64,000 nt of DNA from Nodosilinea sp. (GTDB taxonomy: Bacteria > Cyanobacteriota > Cyanobacteriia > Phormidesmidales > Phormidesmidaceae). Both the position numbers and the translations under genes were made by a program. Shown here in pieces: positions 58,297 to 64,000 of this stretch (position 1 is its first letter; every line of letters begins with the position of its first letter). The notes under the pieces are model-generated. The model did no database searches. It was not told where the DNA came from and saw nothing but the letters and a program-made list of their open reading frames with translations. Location: NCBI GenBank assembly GCA_049646445.1, contig JBARVV010000042.1, forward strand, positions 11,368-75,367, read 5' to 3'.

Positions 58297-58722
58297 CTAG
58301 CCGGTAGCGATCAGCTGTTTTTTCACCCAAATATCTGCTTTGGCGTGGAGATAAATGGGGTCGGCGGCTAGGGCGATCGCGCGGTTGTACGATTCCACCG
58401 CGTTACCGTAGGCTCCCATGTCGGCCAGCAGCTTGCCCCGGTTAAACCAGGCCTGGTGGTACTGGGGGTTGAGGGCCACGGCGCGATCGTAGGCGGCCAA
58501 GGCGTCGGCCTGGCGGTTGAGGCCGCAGAGAGCATTGGCGCGGTTGTTCCAGGCGGTGCAGTAGGTGCCGTCGAGGGCTAGGGCCTGGTCAAAGGTGTTT
58601 AGGGCTTGAGCAAACTGGTTCTGTTTGCAGAGGGCACAGCCTTGGGCGTTGAGGGCGGCAGCGCTGTGGTCGTGGTCGTGAATAGGGTTCATTGGGGCAA
58701 GCTCTGGGGCAACAGCTTCCAT
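58297..58722 (-). CDS. TPR repeat protein (141 aa)
   Basis: There are three to four canonical 34-aa TPRs (AWNNRANALCGLNRQADALAAYDRAVALNPQYHQAWFNRGKLL..). Confidence 0.8.
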   Translation of the reverse strand: MEAVAPELAPMNPIHDHDHSAAALNAQGCALCKQNQFAQALNTFDQALALDGTYCTAWNNRANALCGLNRQADALAAYDRAVALNPQYHQAWFNRGKLLADMGAYGNAVESYNRAIALAADPIYLHAKADIWVKKQLIATG

Positions 58723-58813
58723 TATGAAGAGGCGGCAGGCGATCGCTACAGGGGGGGTACCCGCAGTTGGTACGGGTTACAGACTGGAGAGAATTTTTTC
58801 TATAGCGCACCCT

Positions 58814-58987
58814 ATGCCTCAAGTTGATCTGACAGAATTGGTTGCGGCGGTAGGCGCTGGTGATCTGGTCAGCTTCCCTACCAATACGGTGCCAGCGCGG
58901 GCGACGCGGCCCGAGGCGGGCGATCGCATTTACACCGCCAAAGAGCGCAGCCCCGACAAACCCTTGATTAGACCTCTTGCACATTAA
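58814..58987 (+). pseudogene. 5' fragment (~52 codons) of an L-threonylcarbamoyladenylate synthase (TsaC/Sua5/YrdC family) gene
   Basis: MPQVDLTELVAAVGAGDLVSFPTNTVPARA..AGDRIYTAKERSPDKPLI matches the family N-terminus (..FPTDTV....A..RI...K.R...KPLI). Similarity ends at ~58969 and a stop follows at 58985. Confidence 0.6.
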
Positions 58988-59016
58988 TCCGGAGTATCTC
59001 CGCTAATTGACAAAAG

Positions 59017-59205
59017 TAGGACTTACGCATTGACCCAAAAGAACAGGCGTACATTCACGTAATTACTGGGGTTCTAGCGTTTCTTAACAACGGCTCCAAC
59101 TGGAAGATTTGCCGGAAATCTCCTAAAAATCTGCTCCGAAATGTAGTTTTTGGCACCAAATTATAGGAGTGCATATTTCAGTTTCCTGTCAATGCGTAAG
59201 TCCTA
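59017..59205. mobile_element. 189-bp MITE-like element bounded by perfect 18-bp terminal inverted repeats
   Basis: taggacttacgcattgac (59017-59034) is the exact reverse complement of gtcaatgcgtaagtccta (59188-59205). The interior is AT-rich and non-coding. Confidence 0.5.
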
Positions 59206-59424
59206 AGAACCAGCAGTTATGAATTCAAACAGTATTAACAGATACAGACATAAGTAAGGCTGAATCAGGCGCCAATAATGGATCCAATGTCAGCATAGGT
59301 GTAGTTCAAAATTGTTGTTGGCAGTTAAATTTTCAGCTTTTTAGTGCGTTTTTAGGCCATGTGAGGAGGATTCTGTTTTTGTTAGAAAGGCTGAAACGCC
59401 CGTCTGGCGTCGAATTTACAATTG

Positions 59425-59552
59425 CTGTGTCGCGATCCATCCCGAGACCGAAGGTCAGTTTGACAAGGGCTATCAGGGTGTTCAGCGGCTCCATACCAAC
59501 AGTCGGATTCCTAAAAAGAAGCCAAAAGGCGGCTCGTTAACTCTGGGCCGTA
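59425..59552 (+). pseudogene. Fragment of an IS5-like DDE transposase
   Basis: The translation ..IHPETEGQFDKGYQGVQRLHTNSRIPKKKPKGGSLT matches the conserved (A)DKGYQG..K.H.NS..PKKK..G..L block of IS5-family transposases. The rest of the gene is absent. Confidence 0.5.
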
Positions 59553-59641
59553 CAGGGAGTTGCACTGGCCTCAGCGGGCACCAGCAAAAACTCGATATAG
59601 CGATCGCCCAGCGCTGTTATACTAGTTGACTGTAAATAATT

Positions 59642-59713
59642 GCCGATGTGGCTCAGTGGTAGAGCACTCGATTCGTAATCGAGCGGTCGCGGGTTCAAAT
59701 CCCGCCATCGGCT
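59642..59713 (+). tRNA. tRNA-Thr (anticodon CGU)
   Basis: Folded by hand: acceptor gccgatg/catcggc, D arm gctc/gagc, anticodon arm ctcga-ttCGTaa-tcgag, variable loop cggtc, T arm gcggg-ttcaaat-cccgc, discriminator t. CCA is not encoded. Confidence 0.9.
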
Positions 59714-59784
59714 TCCATTTGTACGTTCGCACGCTAAGTGTCGCGGTTCGCAGATTGGTGTCGTTCTAGCTGAAGTTGCGGCTT

Positions 59785-59808
59785 GCGAAGAGCAACTTTG
59801 CTCTTCGC
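59785..59808 (+). terminator. Perfect 10-bp stem/4-nt loop hairpin ~70 nt downstream of tRNA-Thr (candidate terminator, no U-tract)
   Basis: The hairpin is gcgaagagca-actt-tgctcttcgc. Confidence 0.3.
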
Positions 59809-60067
59809 AGATTACATGTCGCAAACCTTCTGGGAGCTGTCATTTTGTATGCAGAGTTACGAATCGAGTGCTCCTTTCAACCCTCTAACTGCTGCAGCGA
59901 CCGAAATCAGAGTATTTCGGGCCTCATAATGACAGTTCAATCCGCCCATTTCTGAGAGGGCTGATGCAACGCCATTGCTTCTACTATGGCATCCACGGTA
60001 GAGTAGAGGTTACGGCAAAACGAATTTATATTACTAAATTGTTGATTAATAAATTGAGGACTGATCC

Positions 60068-60490
60068 GTGCTGACTGAGTGGCTTTACGGCCTGTTTGGA
60101 GGCATTTTGATTGGTCTTAGCGCCACTCTGATGCTGGCCCTCAACGGGCGGATCGCAGGCATTAGCGGCATGGTCAATGGCGCGATCGCCTTCACCACGG
60201 CGGAAGTTTGGCGATCGCTGTTTTTGCTAGGGCTGGTAGCGGGAGGACTGGTGTATGAATATGCCTTCGCACCCCAGCCCACGCCAACCTATCCATTTGC
60301 CCCCGTCATCATGATCGCTGCGGGCCTGCTGGTTGGTTTTGGCACCCGTATGGGCAACGGCTGCACCAGCGGCCACGGGGTTTGCGGGCTGGGGCGACTA
60401 TCGATGCGATCGCTCGTCGCCGTGCTCACCTTCATGGCCACCGGCATTGTCACTGTCTTTATCACCCAGCACCTGCTGGGCTGGGTTTAA
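60068..60490 (+). CDS. YeeE/YedE-family small membrane protein (putative sulfur-compound transport), half-size
   Basis: 140 aa with four TM segments, [10 protein letters not shown], and a [12 protein letters not shown] motif typical of the YeeE/YedE family. Confidence 0.7.
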   Translation: MLTEWLYGLFGGILIGLSATLMLALNGRIAGISGMVNGAIAFTTAEVWRSLFLLGLVAGGLVYEYAFAPQPTPTYPFAPVIMIAAGLLVGFGTRMGNGCTSGHGVCGLGRLSMRSLVAVLTFMATGIVTVFITQHLLGWV

Positions 60491-60513
60491 AGGCATTTAA
60501 TAGAGAACTAATT

Positions 60514-60963
60514 ATGACAACGCAGAATGTGTCTGAACAAAGCACCCTGGCTCAGAACCTGGTAGCCCTTGGCTCTGGTCTCTTGTTTGGCCTAGGCCTA
60601 GGCATTTCGCAGATGATTGACCCCCAGCGGGTGATCGGCTTTTTGAACCTGACGGGCCAGTGGGACCCAACTCTGGCGTTTGTGATGGGTGGGGCGGTGA
60701 TGACGACGCTGATCACCTTTCGCTTTGTGCTGAAACGGCCTGGCCCAGTGCTGGGCAGCAAGTTTTGGGTACCCAGCCGCAGCGATATCGATCGCCCTTT
60801 GGTGCTGGGAGCAGCGCTATTTGGTATTGGCTGGGGTCTAGGGGGCTATTGTCCTGGGCCTGCGATCGCCGCTCTAGGTCTGGGATCTGCCAACCCGCTG
60901 CTGTTTCTAGTGGCGATGATAGCGGGGTCGCTGGTCTACAAAGTTCTGAACCGTTCAGCCTAG
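60514..60963 (+). CDS. Second YeeE/YedE-related small membrane protein (partner of 60068-60490)
   Basis: ATG at 60514, 24 nt after the upstream stop. Four TM segments. The motif GGYCPGPAI is comparable to family members that occur as pairs. Confidence 0.65.
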   Translation: MTTQNVSEQSTLAQNLVALGSGLLFGLGLGISQMIDPQRVIGFLNLTGQWDPTLAFVMGGAVMTTLITFRFVLKRPGPVLGSKFWVPSRSDIDRPLVLGAALFGIGWGLGGYCPGPAIAALGLGSANPLLFLVAMIAGSLVYKVLNRSA

Positions 60964-61040
60964 TGCTGGCACAGATTAGTGCTGCGGCTGCCCAAAAATT
61001 CGCTACCCTAAACAGTCGTGTAGCGTAGGCAGCAAAAAAG

Positions 61041-61607
61041 ATGGCAGCGATGGGGCGTGTGGGCAAGATGGCGGTGGGGCTAACCCTGGGCATAACTCTG
61101 GTCAGCGGCGGGTTGGGGCAGGCTTTTGCAAAAGCCCTGATTCCCAATGCATCAGTGGCTGCGGTAGAGGCAGCCTCCCCAAATAGCCGCCTGAAACAAT
61201 CTAGGGCGCAGTCTTACCGCTACGCCATGTTGGCGGGCTACTCCGCTGCCGAGCGCAAAGACTACAACACGGCGTTAATCAACTTTCGCCGCGCCCTGGG
61301 GTTTCGACCAGGCGATCGCTACGCCACCGCCGCCATTCGCAACATGGAAACCTACCTGGCCCGAGAGCGAGCCGAGGCCGCCAAACTAGCCGAAATTGAG
61401 CAGCGTCAAGAAACCCTGGCCGAGGCGGTGGCGGCCAGCGACTGGGCCTGCGCCGCTGCCTCGGTCGATCGCCTGGTGGTGCTGATACCGCCCGACTCTC
61501 CCGATCGCGACCGCCTGATTGCCTACCGGGGCGAACTCACCGGCTTTATTCAGTCGCGGGCCAATCTCGACCAGTGGTCTACGGTGTGCCCTGGGGGGCA
61601 GACCTAA
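61041..61607 (+). CDS. Hypothetical secreted protein
   Basis: 188-aa ORF with a signal-like N-terminus (..GGLGQAFA) and one TPR-like helical hairpin. No family recognised. Confidence 0.45.
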   Translation: MAAMGRVGKMAVGLTLGITLVSGGLGQAFAKALIPNASVAAVEAASPNSRLKQSRAQSYRYAMLAGYSAAERKDYNTALINFRRALGFRPGDRYATAAIRNMETYLARERAEAAKLAEIEQRQETLAEAVAASDWACAAASVDRLVVLIPPDSPDRDRLIAYRGELTGFIQSRANLDQWSTVCPGGQT

Positions 61608-61616
61608 GGGGGCTTT

Positions 61617-62942
61617 GTGGAGTCATTTTCAGCCCCGATCTCAGGGTATGCTGCTGAAAACCAAGCCCCTGCTGTCATCCCCATGCCCTCTGATTTGCAA
61701 ATTATTAATGCTCGGCTGCCCGATCGCGACGGGCTGTGGAACCTGGTTTTGAGCCAGGGGAAAATTGCTGCGATCGCCCCCGCTAGCTCCAATCCCGCCC
61801 CAACAGCTGACCCCAGCCACACGCTCAACGCCAGCGCCAGTCTCCTAATTCCCGGCCTGGTCGATGGCCACATTCACCTCGACAAGGCCCTGCTGCTCGA
61901 TCGCCGCCCGGCCCAGTCGGGCACCTTTGCCGAAGCCATGGCCGAAACTCTTAAGCTCAAGCAGGGCTTCACGGGGGCCGATATTCAAGATCGCGCCCGC
62001 CAGGTGCTCGATCGCGCCATTGGCTTTGGCATTACCGCCATGCGTAGCCATGTAGAAGTCGACCCCACCGCCGGGCTGCGATCGCTAGAAGCACTGCTGC
62101 CCCTGCGCCAGGCATACGCCTGGGGCATTACTCTCCAGCTAGCGGTATTTGCCCAAGAGGGCATTACCCAACAGCCCGAAACCCTACCGCTGCTGCGCCA
62201 GGCCATGGCCCTGGGTGGCGATGCGATCGGATCGGCCCCCTACGTTGATGCCGACCCCAAAGCCAATGTGCAACACATCTTCGATATCGCTCAGGAGTAC
62301 GACTGCGATGTCGATTTTCACCTCGACTTTTTGGACGATGACGAGCCGCTTCTGCTGCCCTTTGTGGTTGCAGAAACCCAGCTCCGGGGCTGGCAGGGGC
62401 GAGTCTGCCTGGGGCACATGACCAAGCTAGCCGGGCTGCCACCAGAGCAATTAGCTGACCTAGCCGCTGCCCTCAAGGAAACCCAAATTTCGGTTTTGGC
62501 CCTGCCCGCCTCAGACCTGTATATGATGGCCCGCCAGGACACTCACAATCAGCGCCGAGGGGTAGCCCCAATTCATCGCCTGGCCGAACAGGGGGTCAAC
62601 GTGGGCGTGGCTACCAACAACATTCTCAATTTATTTACGCCCTTTGGCGACGGCGACGTGCTCAAAATTTGTACCCTGCTGGCCCAGGTACTGCATCTGG
62701 GCACTACCGCCAGCCACCAGCGCTGTTTGGCGATGGCTACGACCCAGGCTGCCCGCGCCATTGGCATTGCAGACTATGGCCTCACCGTCGGGAACCAGGC
62801 TGATCTGGTTCTGTTGCAGACCACCTCAGTATCGGAGGCCGTGGGGGCCGCACCCAGCGGACGAACCGTGATCAAAGCAGGGCAAGTAGTAGCTCAAAGC
62901 CGGTCTGAGCAGCAGCTTTTTGCCCCAGCCCCGGTATACTAA
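61617..62942 (+). CDS. Amidohydrolase-superfamily protein, cytosine deaminase (CodA)-like
   Basis: Metal-ligand pattern GLVDGHIHLD, ..HVEVDP, DVDFHLDF, GHMTKL and ATNNILNLFTPFGDGDVL parallels CodA-type deaminases. GTG start at 61617; alternative ATG near 61683. Confidence 0.7.
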   Translation: MESFSAPISGYAAENQAPAVIPMPSDLQIINARLPDRDGLWNLVLSQGKIAAIAPASSNPAPTADPSHTLNASASLLIPGLVDGHIHLDKALLLDRRPAQSGTFAEAMAETLKLKQGFTGADIQDRARQVLDRAIGFGITAMRSHVEVDPTAGLRSLEALLPLRQAYAWGITLQLAVFAQEGITQQPETLPLLRQAMALGGDAIGSAPYVDADPKANVQHIFDIAQEYDCDVDFHLDFLDDDEPLLLPFVVAETQLRGWQGRVCLGHMTKLAGLPPEQLADLAAALKETQISVLALPASDLYMMARQDTHNQRRGVAPIHRLAEQGVNVGVATNNILNLFTPFGDGDVLKICTLLAQVLHLGTTASHQRCLAMATTQAARAIGIADYGLTVGNQADLVLLQTTSVSEAVGAAPSGRTVIKAGQVVAQSRSEQQLFAPAPVY

Positions 62943-62959
62943 TCTCCTGTGATAAATGT

Positions 62960-63047
62960 TGCTGAAATAAGCTCTTTCAGATCGCCGAAAGCCTTGATTT
63001 ACCCTAGGGTGGGCACTGCCCACCAGCCTTAAGTCAGTGATATTCAT
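62960..63047 (-). repeat. MITE-like dispersed repeat, family R1 (copy b, inverted relative to 9776-9864)
   Basis: The reverse complement reads gatgaatatcactgacttaaggctggtgggcagtgcccaccctagggtaaatcaaggctttcggcgatctgaaagagcttatttcag, which aligns base for base with copy a apart from a few substitutions. Confidence 0.6.
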
Positions 63048-63198
63048 CTCAGGGGATCGCTGTCTTGAGAAATCGTTGCTGGCTCTGGGGGGCTTCGACG
63101 CCACTGAACCCCAGACCCGCCGAAGGGAAGAACGCCAACAAGGCATAATAACAGTTGGGTTTATCCCCGTTTTTCGTTTTGCCCCCTCACCATTTGTG

Positions 63199-63708
63199 AT
63201 GAACTACCTGGTCGCCGTTTTAGACAACCGCATCAAAGCCGAAGAGGCCTACAGCGCCCTGGAGCAGGCCAGCCTGCCCAAGGAAAATATTGATATTTTG
63301 GGCAAGGGCTTCAAAACCGCCGACGAGTACGGCCTAATCGACCCCGCCAGCCAGGCCTGGAAGCAAATTCGCCTGATGCTGCTGTGGCTGGTACCCTTTG
63401 GGTTTGCGGCCGGGTTTGTGTTCAATAACATCACCGGGCTCGATACCTTTGCGTTTGCGGGGCGGCTGGGCAACCAGATCATCGGCGGGCTGCTGGGGGC
63501 TGGTTCTGCGGCAATGGGAGCATTTTTTATTGGCGGCGGGGTCGGCATTGCGATCGGCAGCGGCGACGCGCTGTCGTACCGCAATCGACTCAACGACGGC
63601 AAGTTTTTGGTGGTAGTGCGCGGTTCTGAAGCCACAGTGCGCCAGGCTACCCCCATTTTGCGCCAGTTTCGCCCAGAGAATATCCAGGGCTACGCGGCCA
63701 AAGATTAG
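63199..63708 (+). CDS. Hypothetical membrane protein with a Gly-zipper region
   Basis: I prefer the ATG at 63199, because the upstream part of the ORF runs through repeat R1. The product has a soluble N-terminal alpha/beta-like module, then TM/Gly-rich segments (GGLLGAGSAAMGAFFIGGGVGIAIGSG). Confidence 0.5.
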   Translation: MNYLVAVLDNRIKAEEAYSALEQASLPKENIDILGKGFKTADEYGLIDPASQAWKQIRLMLLWLVPFGFAAGFVFNNITGLDTFAFAGRLGNQIIGGLLGAGSAAMGAFFIGGGVGIAIGSGDALSYRNRLNDGKFLVVVRGSEATVRQATPILRQFRPENIQGYAAKD

Positions 63709-64000
63709 CCTCGCCGGGGAACGGCCTGTACCCAATCCAAACTACATAATCCCGGTTCCCAATCGACCAAACTGTAGAGGCGTTGGTGCAGCCACGCCCG
63801 AGGCGTATGGCATTTGCCCAATCAAATCAGGAGTACGCAGGTAGGATTTGGTCTTAGGAGATTTCTAGGAAAGAAGATACCAACTTTAATCCAGCGACTA
63901 TAGCCACTGTAGGGTGGGCACTGCCCACCATTGGGGAAATTGTTTTCCAGAAGTCGCCTTAGATCAATTCCCCTAGCGTCCCATCAGTTTTTGGATCACC

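Noticed and set aside
59740-59750. gtcgcggttcg downstream of tRNA-Thr, which resembles the tRNA T-arm segment gtcgcgggttc (a possible direct att-like repeat)
   Set aside because: It is only a 10-of-11 match with an indel, too short to distinguish from chance, unlike the 17-nt inverted copy.
59537-59824. 95-aa minus-strand ORF
   Set aside because: It runs straight through the tRNA-Thr gene on the opposite strand, so it is spurious.

Overview
This window is a GC-rich chromosomal segment of a cyanobacterium. The octamer GCGATCGC (HIP1) recurs dozens of times, and psbU, ycf54, a cyAbrB regulator and a cyanobacterial-type sbpA-cysTW/cysA sulfate cluster are all present. Most of the window is housekeeping: ggt, gpmA-like, prfC, pdxJ, crtE, folD, nadB, cobN and a Wza/Wzc-like polysaccharide export pair. 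About a quarter of it encodes four hybrid sensor kinases. Two of these are giant, divergently transcribed paralogues of 1962 aa and 1583 aa, with a decayed REC-GGDEF relic between them. The best candidate for an undescribed system is a compact minus-strand operon at 25.4-30.5 kb. It encodes an 830-aa TPR-like protein, a 97-aa J-domain protein whose HPD motif reads HPQ, a short GrpE-like protein, and a 528-aa Hsp70 that lacks the helical lid and ends in an acidic tail. Other points of interest: (1) a rearrangement scar at 58.8-60.1 kb holding a truncated tsaC/sua5-like gene, an element with perfect 18-bp terminal inverted repeats, a transposase relic, and tRNA-Thr(CGU) with an inverted 17-nt copy of its own anticodon arm; (2) at least four small dispersed palindromic repeat families, one copy sitting between sbpA and cysT; (3) short repeats and low-complexity or palindromic inserts lying in frame inside cobN and other genes; (4) relics of a histidine kinase and possibly a GH13 gene. 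I saw no CRISPR array, rRNA, integrase or intact transposase. All homology calls come from motif recognition by eye on the supplied translations. No searches were run, and repeat boundaries are approximate.
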